Notes: generated by a model not told the origin, from the letters alone. 64,000 bases of DNA from Octopus sinensis (GCF_006345805.1 NC_043001.1:26288001-26352000); one strand, 5' to 3'; counted from the first letter of the stretch, positions 1-11,952 are shown. Translations and numbers: made by a program.

Positions 1-882
1 ATGTTTAGAGATTTGCAGCCTCAGTGGCACAAACGTTAGCTAAAGTCAAGTATAGTATATACATATAGCTTTCATTAAAAAAAAAAATTCTAAATATATT
101 TTCAAAATACAGCGGTTGAGATTACAAATGATGAAAGGCAAGTTGACAATTTTTTTTATGAGGGAAAATAAATTTGGAATGAATGACTAGCTGGGAAAAT
201 ATATAATAACTGCACTTACAATTTATCATTTGTAAGTGTGTAACTCCAAAGCTAGTTGAATAACAACTAAAAAGGAAAACGATACAAAACTAAAAATATT
301 TTTTATCTCAATATTCTGCATCATTTAATAATTATAAAAATCTCATTAAATTCTTTTGAAGAATTTTAGCAACCTAAATGCTGAATTAATGTAATGAACC
401 AGGTGTTAACAAATCTGTTACTAATAATATAACATTCCAACAGCAAAATAGCTGCAGTTGGGGCATAGAACTTAATGTTATGCAGCAATAACTGGTTGAG
501 ATAGGAACTGAGTACAATGATATAGCATATTCTGACCAATACAAATAAACTTAAAAAAAACAATCACTGTGATATTCAGATATACTTTTAATTAATTAAT
601 AAAAGTAATTGACTTTGTTTTTGGATTTGGTTTGCAAGATTCTTTATGTGAGTTCATGTGTTGAAGCATATTTTGTTGTGTCTGGGGAGAGTCATTTTCT
701 TTTAGTGCCTTATTATTTAACACATTCACTGGTAAAGTTTCCACTTATTTATTTTTTTTCTCCTAAAATTTTTGTTGCATCTTGCAATTTATTCAATAGT
801 CGCTGACTCTGTCTGTTATCCGAGATGCATTTTTTTGGTTTATTTGTGCGCATGTGTGTGGGACACTGTGTGTGCACATACA

Positions 883-1100
883 CATGTAAGTGTATGTATG
901 TATGTATGCATGTACGTATGTATGTATGTGTGTATGTATGCATGCATGCATGTAAGTGTATGTATGTATGTATGCATGTACGTATGTATGTATGTGTGTA
1001 TGTATGCATGCATGCATGTAAGTGTATGTATGTATGTATGCATGTACGTATGTATGTATGTGTGTATGTATGCATGCATGCATGTAAGTGTATGTATGTA
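883..1100. repeat. 66-bp tandem repeat (about 3.3 copies) built from TATG/CATG microsatellite
   Basis: CATGTAAG recurs at 883, 949, 1015 and 1081. Confidence 0.9.
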
Positions 1101-2444
1101 TGTGTGTGTGTGTGCATACATACATATATATGTATGTATGTGTGTACATTTGTATGCATGTATTCTGCATATTCATGTGTTTGTGTGTTCGTGTTTGTGT
1201 TTTTATGCGTGCGTGTGTGTGTATGTATGTATGTTTGCATGAGTGTGTGTGTGTTACTATGTACAGTCTATATGTATGTATGGATGTGTGTCTCCATACA
1301 TGTCCTTGCGTGAAGTGAAGTGAGTGTGTATATGGTCACGTGTTTCAGTCTTCATTTGCATATGTATGTGTGTTTGTCTGTTTATATCACCTATGTACCT
1401 ATACGTCTGTAAGTCTATCTGTTTACATTCATATCCATTTACCTACATAGATGTGCACATACATATACGTATACATACACACACACACACATACATACAT
1501 CTACATAACAGCCCACTAACTATTCTACCTGTATATAAATATAAAATATGGGTATGGGGGTATGATTACCTACTATATATATTTCCTCTTTTGTACTGGA
1601 TGTTTCATTAATGAGTATGTACTCCTGTATTTGTCTGAGTGTTAACTCCTTTGGGTGCTTGAATAAAATGCAGATATTAAGTTGACCCAGGTTGTGGATG
1701 TCAAGTTGACCCAAGTTGCCTCCATGTTGGACTAAGATGACCCAGGTTGCTTCCATGTTGATCCCGGGACCAACATGGAGACAACCTGGGTCAACTTGAC
1801 ATCTGCATTTTATCCAAGCACCCAAAGGACCCAACACTCAGAGAAATACAGGAGTATGTCATCATAAATGAAACATTCCCAGTGCTAAGTATGAAATATA
1901 TGTAGTAGGTAATCATACTCCCATACCCACAGTTTATATTTATATACAGGTAGAATAGTTAGTGGGCTGTTATGTAGATGTATGTATGTGTGTGTGTGTA
2001 TGTATGTATACGTATATGTATGTGCACATGTATGTAGGTAACTGGATATGATGTAAACAGATAGACATACAGATGTATAGGCACATAGGTGATATGAACA
2101 GACATACACACATACATATGCAAATGAAGACTGAAACATGTGACCATACACACATACACACACTTCACTTCACAAAAGGGACACATATGGAGACACACAT
2201 CCATGCATACAGACACAGTACATAGTCATGAAAACCCATACACAGACGCACTCAGACATGTATACACAAGGAGACAGAGGTACACACGCATACACATATA
2301 TACACACACACACACAAACACATGAATATGCACAATACATACATACATACACATGTACACACATATATGCATACACATATACATACATATGTACACACAC
2401 ACATACATGCATACACACACTAGCATGCATACATACATACATAC

Positions 2445-2675
2445 ATGGCCTAGTGGTTAGGGCAGCGGACTCGCGGTCGCAGGATCGCGGTTTCGATTCT
2501 CAGACTGGGCGTTGTGTGTGTTTATTGAGCGAAAACACCTAAAAGCTCTACGAGGCTCCGGCAGGGGGTGGTGATCCCTGCTGTACTCTTTCACCACAAT
2601 GGCGGTGCCCCAGCATGGCCACAGCTCAAGAGCTGAAACTGGAAAAACAAAAACAAACAAACAAACAAAACAAAA
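2445..2675 (+). mobile_element. tRNA-derived SINE, family D head with a family-B-like 3' end (chimera)
   Basis: A/B-box head (TGGCCTAGTGGTTAGGGCAGCGGACTCGCGG...GTTTCGATTC) matches 27269ff. From 2601 the sequence switches to GGCGGTGCCCCAGCATGGCCACAG...TGAAAC, the family-B tail. Confidence 0.8.
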
Positions 2676-2872
2676 ACATACATACATACATATGTGCATA
2701 TGTGACCCACACACAGTGACCTACACACACGTGCACTAACAAATAAAAAGAACGCAGCTCAGATAATGGACAGAGTCAATGACTATTGGAAAGGTTGCAA
2801 GACGCAACAAAAAATTTAGTAAAATAAATAAGTAAATGAGTGGAAACTTTACCAGTGAGTGTGTTAAATAAT

Positions 2873-3200
2873 CATCATCATCATCGTTTAGCGTCCACTT
2901 TCCATGCTAGCATGGGTTGGATGGTTCGACTGGGGTCTGGGAAGCCAGAAGGCTGCACCAGGCCCAGTCTGATCTGGCAATGTTTCTACAGCTGGATGCC
3001 CTTCCTAACGCCAACCACTCCGTGAGTGTAGTGGGTGCTTTTTACGTGCCACCGGCACAGGTGCCAGACGAGGCTGGCAAACAGCCATGATCGGATGGTG
3101 CTTTTTACGTGCCACCGGCATGGGGGCCAGGCAAGGCTGGCAACGGCCAAGATCGGATGGTGCTTTTTACGTGCCACCGGCACAAGGCCAGCCGAGGCCA
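2873..3200 (-). mobile_element. Family A non-autonomous retroposon (RTE-type tail, tandem modules)
   Basis: (CAT)n-CGTTTAGCGTCCACTTTCCATGCTAGCATGGG tail and three GGTGCTTTTTACGTGCCACCGGCA modules; interrupts the right arm of the palindrome. Confidence 0.9.
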
Positions 3201-3356
3201 AGAGAATGACTCTCCCCAGACAACAAAAATAATTAAAATACACCTTTAATTAATCAAATAAAAGTAATTGGAAGTTATTATTACACTTTGTTATCTTAGT
3301 TTACATTCATATTGCTAATTAGAAATGGCTGGATATTTCTCAAAAATTTAGTTCTA

Positions 3357-3520
3357 CAAGGGGCTGTGAAAAAGTTCCAGGCTTTGAGGGTATCACAAAA
3401 GACCTGGTTGGAGGTCCAACCTTCCAACTTCCACTGCAATAAGTGTGTGAATCTGAAAGGAGAATATATTGAATAAAGCCATAATTAACTGATCCTCTTG
3501 TATTTTCTTTTACCCAATAC
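3357..3520 (+). mobile_element. Internally deleted mariner-like DNA transposon relic
   Basis: TA-CAAGGGGCTGTGAAAAAGTTCC terminus followed by CNKCVNLKGEYIE*, like the mariner C-terminal KC..L.G.Y.E motif. Confidence 0.6.
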
Positions 3521-3914
3521 ACTTACATGTGAAGGTATACACAGTTTTTCATTAAAACCCTACACTATTTATCATAATTTATCTTGTAGACAAAATAGTT
3601 TAAATTCTGCAGAACAGATCTTTTTCAGTTCTGTCAGTTATTAATTAACCCATCATTTAAAAAAAAAGGAATTTATTTAAAGACAATATGTCTTATAATG
3701 TCAATTAAGCAGTAGCCACAACATTATTTTCGTTTCCAACTCTTTATAATGTCATAATAACAGTATATCTACTACACAAGGACAGTTATTCAGTACACTT
3801 GAAGTTTTTGTTGGTATCAGATAAGTGATCTATTCATCAAATATATGCATTGATAACAGTATTATACCAGAATTAATGGACAATTCAGTGCAAGCACTGA
3901 TGGTAAATAGTCTT

Positions 3915-4112
3915 TTTTACAATAGGCACAAAGCTTGAATTTTGTGGGGTGATGCTGGTTGATTACATCCACCCCAGTGATCAACAGGTGCTTATTTTAT
4001 TGCTCCTAAAATGATAAAAGGCAAAGTTGACCTCAACAGAATTTGAACTCAGATCATAAAGCCAGAAGAAATACTACTAAACATTTAGTCTGGTGTGCTA
4101 ACAATTCTGCCA
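3915..4112 (-). mobile_element. Degenerate SINE family C
   Basis: AAAGGCAAAGTTGACCTC...GAATTTGAACTCAGA is the reverse complement of the family C core. Confidence 0.75.
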
Positions 4113-4225
4113 ATAATGATGACTGAGTCTCAATGCCTGTGAATCAGTGTGAAGACAGAATAAAAATAGAAAATAACCAGTAACATCATCCACCAGGAAT
4201 AATTATTTTCCTTGTACAATAAAAA

Positions 4226-4490
4226 TCATCATTCATCATCATCATCATCGTTTAATGTCTGCTTTCCATGCTAGCATGGGTTGGACGATTTTGACTGAGG
4301 GCTGGTGAACCAGATGGCTGCACCAGGCTCCAATCTTGATCTGGCAGGGTTTCTACAGCTGGATGCCCTTCCTAATGCCAACCACTCCGAGAGTGTAGTG
4401 GATGCTTTTTATGTGCCACCGGCACAGGGGCAACGACCTCGCTCGAATCCTTTTACACATGCCCCCAGCACAGGTGCCAGTAAGGCGAAT
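4226..4490 (-). mobile_element. Family A retroposon
   Basis: (CAT)n tail, CTGGATGCCCTTCCTAATGCCAACC core and a module. Confidence 0.9.
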
Positions 4491-4769
4491 CTTGATTATA
4501 TATTTTAATGAATCTGTAAATTATAAAATTATAAAAACAGCAGAAAGATCTTGACTGCAGCTTTCTTGAATAAAATGAGCCTTGATGTAGAATGTAAAGT
4601 GATTATTAGATTCGAGAAAGGAACCCAATAATTATAGTCTTTAAAACAGAAAGTGGAGTACCTTAAATATGTTATTAATTATTCACAGGATACTACTTTA
4701 ATGCTTATTAATTAAATATGTTAATGCATATAAATTAAAGAACTTAATCTAGTGATTACTTTAAGTGAT

Positions 4770-7150
4770 GTTAAGAGTAAATGCTTATATGACAATGTAT
4801 ACAGAGGTCATGGCTAAGGCACATAGAATAGAAATGGATTGAGGCTCTGGGATCTAACCATTTGCAATACTGACTCAAAAAAACTGGCCTGCCACCTAAT
4901 CAGCTACCATTCAAGTGAACATGCAAACTAGACAGATATCATGCTCATCAAGAAACAGATTAGACAGTTGGTTGTGAATATCAAGGTTTTTCCTCAGTGA
5001 AGTATGTGCCTCTCAACATAAATTAGTAATTAGTGACATCAGAGTAAGAGCTAGAGACCCAGAGAAATGAGAAGGAAGATACAGAAACAATTGAAAGATC
5101 CTTCAACTGCACATAAATTCAAAGCAGTACAAGCTGATACATATGTGGAGAAGGAGGAGGAGTTACTTACAACATGGAAGAGAAACTGAGAGTTTTTACA
5201 AGACAATTTGCTGCAAACCAGATCTGTGGATAGTGCAAAGTTCTATCAGAGAGAAGGTGACATTGTGGTGGAATAGTATAGTTGAGCCATAAAAGCTCAG
5301 AGACAGGCTCATGAAGAATGAGAAAAAATAGGAAGAAAGAACAATATACCTGGTAACTAGAAGAGATGCTAAATGTCAGGTACACTTAGAAATGGATTTA
5401 AGAGGTTTGCAAGTGTGACATGAATGATGAGAAGCTTGGAGTATTTCAGATTGCAAAGCAGTGAATTAGTATCAATCAGATGTTGTGGGTGGCACCAAAA
5501 AGAATGAATTGTGGAAATGTTATGATACTAAATGAGAAAAATGCTCAAGAGAGTGAAGGATTAATCAAAAGAAAATCTAACAGAGGGATCAGCTACTGAA
5601 AGTAACATTGAAATGTTTGAAATAGCCATTAAGGATATGAGAGCAGAGAAAGCATCTAAACCACTTGGGAAAAATACTGAAAACATCCCACAGAGTAGGG
5701 TACACACGAGCCTTGCCTAGTCAATAAGATAGCATAGGAAGTGGTCATCCCCAATGATTAGAGCAGTAGCATTATCAACCATTACAAGCGCAAACAAGAT
5801 GCTCTATAAAGAAGCAACTACATATGCATTAAATTGATGGAGCAAGTTATAAAAGAAACAGAAAGAGTTATAGCAAAATAATCAGGAAGAAAATTAGCTT
5901 AGTTATATATGGCTTGAGTTCATGCCAAAATGTGGTACAATTGATGCTGTCTTCTTAGTGAAATAAGTACAGAAGTCCTGAACAAAAAGCAAGACATTAT
6001 TTGTTTTGATAGAGAAAGTCTTTGACAGAGCACTGTGCTCTGAGATTGAAAGTGGCTAAGAAAACTAGATGCTTTTGAAAACCAAGCAAACCATCTAATG
6101 AAATATTGTCAGCAAGATGCGAGTTAGTAATGAGAAGTTTAGTGTAAAGATAGGTGTACACCAGGGCTCAGCTCTCGGCCCTTCTTATTTATTGTAGTCC
6201 TCCAAGCTATAACAGAAATTTTTACTATTAGCTTTCCATGGAAATTTCAGTGTACCAATAGCTTAGTTTTCACAGCTAAATCTGTGAAAAGATTGAAGAA
6301 ATTTTGAATGTGGAGGCAAGAAGTCTTAAAGTAAACCTAGCAAAGTCAGAGATTTTAGTGATCAAGAAAGAAAGCAGGACTTTATTGCCATCTGGGAAGT
6401 GGTTATACTCAATATGCAAAAACGGGGGGAAGATAAACATGGATAAAAGATGCAGCTGTATCACAAGCAGGCTAACAGATAAAAAGTAATTAGGAATAAA
6501 AACACCCATAAAATAAATTTTTTCAAATATTCGGCAGGTACCATGGAATAGTTAATAGCTTCTGTTACCTAGGTGTCATAATTAGAAATAAAGGAGTGTG
6601 TTCCAAAAGCACAGTAGCTAGAGTAAGAATAAGATAGCAAAAATTCATGGAGCTGTTATCTCTACTGACAACAAATGGATCCTTTATCCAAGTGAAAGGC
6701 AGATTGTAAGAGGCTTGTGTAGAAAGTGCAATGTTACCCTAGCATTGAATAAGAAGGATTTGCAAAGACTGGAAACAAATAAGCAGAGCATGCTCGCTGA
6801 ATCTACACTGTTGGTGTATATGAATGACAAAGTACAAACAAGATGAGAGAAAAAATTTAATATATGTAAGAGATTCAGATGCAGTGAGCAAAAGAGGAAA
6901 CTTTGCTAGTACAGACATGTGATACACATACTGAGAATGACAGTTGAATAAAGAAGTTCCAAATGAACTAAGGAAGTTGCAGAAGAGGAAGATTAAAGAA
7001 GACATAAAAAGAAGTGGTGAAAGATGATGACAGGAGGCTGAACCTCATAAAAGATATGACAAAGAACCACAAAGAGTGAGATACTGTGCAGGAGGAGACC
7101 TATACAACCTATGCAAGCATAAAAAAAGAAACATATAAAATGATGATGAA
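4770..7150 (+). mobile_element. Decayed RTE-clade LINE (APE C-terminus plus reverse transcriptase)
   Basis: Frame-broken remnants include CNTDSKK..HLISY (APE), IKLMEQVIKETERVIA, FMP..GTIDAVFLV, EKVFDR and IGVHQGSALG; ends in CCTATGCAAGCAT...AAATGATGATG. Many stops and frameshifts. Confidence 0.85.
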
Positions 7151-7455
7151 GTGGAGAAAGATATTTCATTTTTAATGCTATCTATATTTAAAGCTACTTC
7201 AGAGATTGTTGATTTTATTCAATCCTACACATAAGATTGTTTATTTCAATCCAGCAGAGAAAAATTTAATGCCAGTAGTCATAGTATACAGCAGTGTCTC
7301 ATTTTTGCATTTACATTTAGAAAAATCAATGACATTTCTTCAATTTGATCAATTACAGAAACATTAATTTCTTTTTATGTAATTGTTTTAGTTTGTTTAT
7401 TGATTAATTTTGCACTGAAATAAATTATGAAGCTTCTGAACAACTTCTACTTCAG

Positions 7456-7930
7456 ACATACACAAAGGAACTGATGAAGACGCATTCCTAGCAACAATAA
7501 GAAATCCCAGAAAATATGGACATTAAGTTTGACATCGATCCTTTGAAAGAGGAAAATGCCAAGGACACCAAAGAATGAGAGTGGAGTGGTCAACAAAGAG
7601 GAAGAGAGATAGGGTGATACCAGTGGTCATACTAAGACCAATAAAAACCAAAATGATGTGGCTGAATATTCAAGTCAGACCAACAAGAGTCACATCACTA
7701 ACAGCAACCAGAGCAACAGCAACAAGAGCCACAACAACAAAGAGGTACAACAAACACAAGAACAAAAGATACAGTTACAATAACAGCAACAACAAGAGCA
7801 GAAACAACAGCAAAACAAACATGCCCTCTCTCAATTTCTTGTCTCCTGTTTACAAGAGTTATGAAACTGGAAGGGGTCACTTTTGCCTTTGAAGTGTCAG
7901 GGCAATTCAGAAATCCATGGTGGTAGGGGG
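7456..7930 (+). other. Decayed coding-like segment (Q/N/K/E-rich) after a splice-acceptor-like site
   Basis: CAACTTCTACTTCAG acceptor-like site at 7441-7455; fragments EIPENMDIKFDIDPLKEENAKDTKE* and GDTSGHTKTNKNQNDVAEYSSQ...EVQQTQEQKIQLQ*QQQQEQKQQQ, broken by stops. Confidence 0.3.
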
Positions 7931-8139
7931 AAGTCACATGAATTATTCAGGGTGGTTTTCCTTTGAATTGGGGACATTTTTCTTGTTGACATTTTATTAT
8001 GTATTGTTTTTACTCAATGGTAAACATGCCACTATTTTTGTATTCCCCTCTTGCACTATCACCAATATCTTAGGTTCTTGAGAGCAATAAATAAACTCAT
8101 CACCATCACTACTACTACCACTACTACCACCACCACCAC

Positions 8140-8560
8140 CATTAGCACACTGGGAAAAATGCTTAGTGGTATTATGTTTAAGGCGGCGAGCTGGCAGAAA
8201 TGTTAGCACGCCGGGCAAAATGAGTAGCCGTATTTCATCTACCGTTACGTTCTGAGTTCAAATTCCGCCGAAGTCGACTTTGCCTTTCATCCTTCCGGGG
8301 TCGATAAATTAAGTACCAGTTTTACACACTGGGGTCGATGTAATCGACTTAATACCTATGTCTGTCCTTTGTCCCCTGTATGTTTAGCCCCTTGTGGGTA
8401 ATAAAGAAATAGGTATTATGTTCTGAGTTCAAATTCTGACAAGGTTGACTGCCTTTCATCCTTTCAGGGTCAAGGAAATAAGTACCAGCTATGCACTGGT
8501 TTGATGCTATCAACTAGTCTCCTCCCCACAAAATTTCAGGCCTTGTGCCTTTAGTAGAAA
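8140..8560 (+). mobile_element. SINE family C nested in an older family C copy
   Basis: Young copy 8179-8411 (AAGGCGGCGAGCTGGCAGAA...AAAGAAATA) flanked by the 11-bp duplication GGTATTATGTT (8168-8178, 8412-8422) inside an older copy. Confidence 0.85.
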
Positions 8561-8977
8561 TATTACCAAAATGAAGTAGATTGAGATGATTATTTTGAAC
8601 TTGTGGAAGACGCATGAAGTGTCGAAACACCCATTTCCAGAGGGGAATTATTCAAACTCCAAAGAATTCCTCTCTACACATAGCTACGATGCTCCCCCCA
8701 CTACTTTTGCTCATGATCAGAGATGTACAAATCGTCAGCCATTAAGGAACATGCTCAACTATTAAGGCCAAGTAACTGACAAGCAAATCTGTGATATTGA
8801 GCAAAATATTTGTCATAGTCCATCTTTTATACCAAGGCAAAACATGTACATGAGAACACTTCCAATCAGTTAAGATCAAAAGCCATGAGAGCCACAGCTT
8901 TGTACTGCATCAGGGTATTTATTATCATCATTATTATTATTATTATTATTAATAATAATAATATTATTATTATTTTA

Positions 8978-9350
8978 TTGTCTTCGCACAGCTTCTAACA
9001 CTGGAGATGTACTACAGTGTCAGCTGTTCACTATCAGAGAACCTAGGTAAAACCCCTTATTTTTCGAGCACCATCCAGAGTATTCAAGCGGTTCTAAGCA
9101 GTGCTGTTTTCTGCAAGTGCTCCACCCTTATTGCAGCCCCTATTTGTTCCATGTACTTCTCAAGATTTTTACTTACTGTTACCAGGGCTCCAACAATTAT
9201 TGGTATTACTACCACTTTTTTCAGTGACCACAACTGCTTAACCTCCCAAGCTAACCTATCATATCTATCGACTTTTCTTTCTTCCTTATCGCACACCTTG
9301 TTGTCAGCTGGGCATGCTATATCTATGATCCAGCATCATTTGCTTTCTAT
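8978..9350 (-). mobile_element. 5'-truncated R4/Dong-like non-LTR retrotransposon (REL endonuclease C-terminus plus 3' UTR)
   Basis: CWIIDIACPADNKVCDKEERKVDRYDRLAWEVKQLWSLKKVVVIPIIVGAL...LQKTALL is a typical REL tail (D.ACP..K..KY..IP.VVGALG); (TAA)n tracts on both sides. Confidence 0.85.
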
Positions 9351-9759
9351 TATTATTATTATTATTATTTTATTTTATTATCACTTGAAACTCGCTCCAA
9401 ATATGAGTCCATGTTTGCATGTATTATGAAAGTCTGCAGTATGACATATCACCTCTCATCTCAGCCACACTTTATTTTGTTTGAGAGACTCAGTGTCTTG
9501 AGATAAGACTTTTTATGTCTTGCTAAGGTTTTCTAGTGACACAAACACCTTTTACTATCAGTAGTCATCATGCATATCAGCACAGCCATCTCTTTCCAGC
9601 TTATATCTTTAATTACTAGTGATGCTTTTGCACTCCACCTATTATACAAGTTTACATTACACAGCCATCAGAGTCATTTCTCCAACCTCTACATGTCTGT
9701 CATTCTAAGTCTATAAAGCTTTATCCTGTAGCTATGCTCCAGATAGTCTGTCAGAGAGA

Positions 9760-9816
9760 GGACAGACAGACAGAAACAGTGAGAGACAGATAGATAGACA
9801 GACAAACAGAGAGACT

Positions 9817-9850
<34 letters not shown>

Positions 9851-9851
9851 C

Positions 9852-9916
<65 letters not shown>

Positions 9917-9940
9917 GAAAAAGAAAGAGAGAGAGGCAGA
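9760..9940. repeat. (GACA)n/(GA)n microsatellite
   Basis: Direct reading. Confidence 0.95.
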
Positions 9941-10768
9941 TGTAGTAATCTTTCTTTATATCTATCATATTATTTTTTACACTAACTCCTATAATTTCAC
10001 TTATGTAGCACTAATTAGGTCCTATGGGTAACAGAAATTGTTTACTACATGTTGTGAACCATCTGAACAGCTCATGGATTTACTTGTAAATGCTGAAAAC
10101 TATGATGTAAGTAAATAAGCAAAAATAATAGATGCTGTGCTTTCAGAATAATAGACCTACATCCTTGATTGGAATCTTTCTTTAAATTGTTTGTTTATGT
10201 TTTGGAAGCATTTTCAATACTAATTTATAGTTTTCAAAATCCTATTATATGTAGTTTATTCTTAGAAAATTCAATAATTCAAAATCAAATGGTGATAGAT
10301 TTGTTTGTAGTTTATGATAGCAATTCAATATTGATCTAGTCTACAATTATCAGCAGAAAGATGCTTTTATCCCTTTCAATTGATTAGATCAAAGCAATAA
10401 GTTTGAGTCAAAATTTTATTTAAACACATTTGTTAGATAATATTAAGTGAGTTCTTTCTATTAAAAAGGATAAAAATTTGGACTAAAAAGTTAAATGATA
10501 TAATGAAGATCAAGGAAAAGCTATTTCCTTTTGTTTTTAACAAACTTTATGCCATATTTTATCTGAAATTTACTAGTATCAAACTGCGTAAATTCTCTGC
10601 ATGCTTGCTTGATCAACTAGAAATGGTAGACAAGTAACCCCTGAATCACACAAGTCAATCTCAAATAAAAATGGATGGAGCTTCTATGAGGCTGCTCAAG
10701 CTTCAAGAAACAGTAACTAAAATCTCTCACAAATCATACCCTACTGTTTTTAATAATATATATATATA

Positions 10769-11033
10769 TCATCATCATCATCATCGTTTAGCGTCCGTTT
10801 TCCATGCTAGCATGGGTTGGACGGTTCTACTGGGGTCTGTGAAGCCAGAAGGCTTCATCAGGCCCAGTCAAATCTGGCAGTGTTTCTACGGCTGGATGCC
10901 CTTCCTAACGCCAACCACTCCGTGAGTGTAGTGGGTGCTTTTTACGTGCAACCCGCACTGGTGCCAGACAGAGCTGGCAAACGGCCACGAACGGATGGTG
11001 CTTTTTATGTGCCACCGGCACGAGGGCCAGGCG
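10769..11033 (-). mobile_element. Family A retroposon in a (TA)n tract
   Basis: (CAT)n tail and two modules. Confidence 0.9.
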
Positions 11034-11034
11034 A

Positions 11035-11073
<39 letters not shown>

Positions 11074-11075
11074 AT

Positions 11076-11240
11076 TGGCTGTGTGGTAAGTAGCTTGCTA
11101 ACCAACCATATGGTTCCAGGTTCAGTCCCACTGCGTGGCATCTTGGGCAAGTATCTTCTGCTATAGCCTCGGGCCGACCAATGCCTTGTGAGTGGATTTG
11201 GTAGATGGAAACTGAAAGAAGCCTGTCGTATATATGTGTG

Positions 11241-11271
<31 letters not shown>

Positions 11272-11460
11272 TTGTCCCCCTAGCATTGCTTGACAACCGA
11301 TGCTGGTGTGTTTACGTCCCTGTCACCTAGCGGTTCGGCAAAAGAGGCCGATAGAATAAGTACTGGGCTTACAAAGAATAAGTCCTGGGGTCGATTTGCT
11401 CGACTAAAGGTGGTGCTCCAGCATGGCCGCAGTCAAATGACTGAAACAAGTAAAAGAGTA
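11076..11460 (+). mobile_element. tRNA-derived SINE family B
   Basis: TGGCTGTGTGGTAAG...GGTTCAGTCCC head, TTGGGCAAGT CORE-like block, internal (TA)n(TG)n, tail GACTGAAACAAGTAAAAGAG. Confidence 0.9.
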
Positions 11461-11764
11461 TATATATATATATTTGACCAATGTGGGAACCTCTATTCAA
11501 TCACTTAGAGATCAAATCTTCCTCAAATCACACACTACTCTCTAAAAAAAGAAAACAGATTCAACATTGTAGTTTCAAGTTCACTGTACCTAGAAAAAAA
11601 AAATGCACAAAAATAAAACAGAATGATGTTGTCTAGAATACCTCTGATCAGAAGACTGGTCTGGGCTAAAACAACACTAGCTTCTAAACTCTTTCCATTG
11701 TAGAACTTTAAAAACATGGAATTTATAAGTGATATGCGGAAAAAATAACAGTTTACTTTATTAT

Positions 11765-11952
11765 GATAAAATACTAACTAAGCAGATTTTATTTGAAATA
11801 CCAAAATACTGGTATCAAATTATATTTTCTATATTTCTACCCTAAGTATGTCTGTTCAGTTTAGTAGTATAGAAAACATCCCAATTTACAAATTCCTGAC
11901 AATACATTCCTAATTCTACCACTAATGCCAGATGAATTCCCAATGGTATGTG
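11765..11952. repeat. Dispersed inverted repeat, copy 1
   Basis: Reverse complement of 16539-16781. Confidence 0.9.

Larger units (their letters stand above)
612..3230. mobile_element. Penelope-like element relic: two 3' fragments arranged head-to-head as a large palindrome
   Basis: The left arm (~669-1765) is the reverse complement of the right arm (1766-3230, ignoring two later SINE insertions), centred on TCCC|GGGA. From the centre, + 1771-1905 reads QHGDNLGQLDICILSKHPKDPTLREIQEYVIINETFPVLSMKYM*, resembling the GIY-YIG C-terminus (H..IL..R..E..I...P.LN) of Penelope-like ORFs; the mirror reading lies on the minus strand. Confidence 0.7.

Noticed and set aside
749-2542. Many overlapping ORFs rich in H/T/Y/I or V/C/M
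   Set aside because: These are translations of (CA)n/(TATG)n microsatellites; similar artefacts occur throughout the ORF track.
2780-2820. Possible hammerhead in the palindrome terminus (CTATTG..GTTGC-AAGAC-GCAAC..AAA)
   Set aside because: A hairpin is present at a plausible pLTR position, but neither arm has CTGANGA or GAAA; it cannot be supported without a family consensus.
7471-7510. CTGATGA...GAAA
   Set aside because: No stem II or stem I pairing; probably a chance match.
8598-8640. Hammerhead-like GACGC-ATGAA-GTGTC-GAAAC
   Set aside because: The core box is degenerate and there is no convincing stem III or cleavage triplet; at most a relic.
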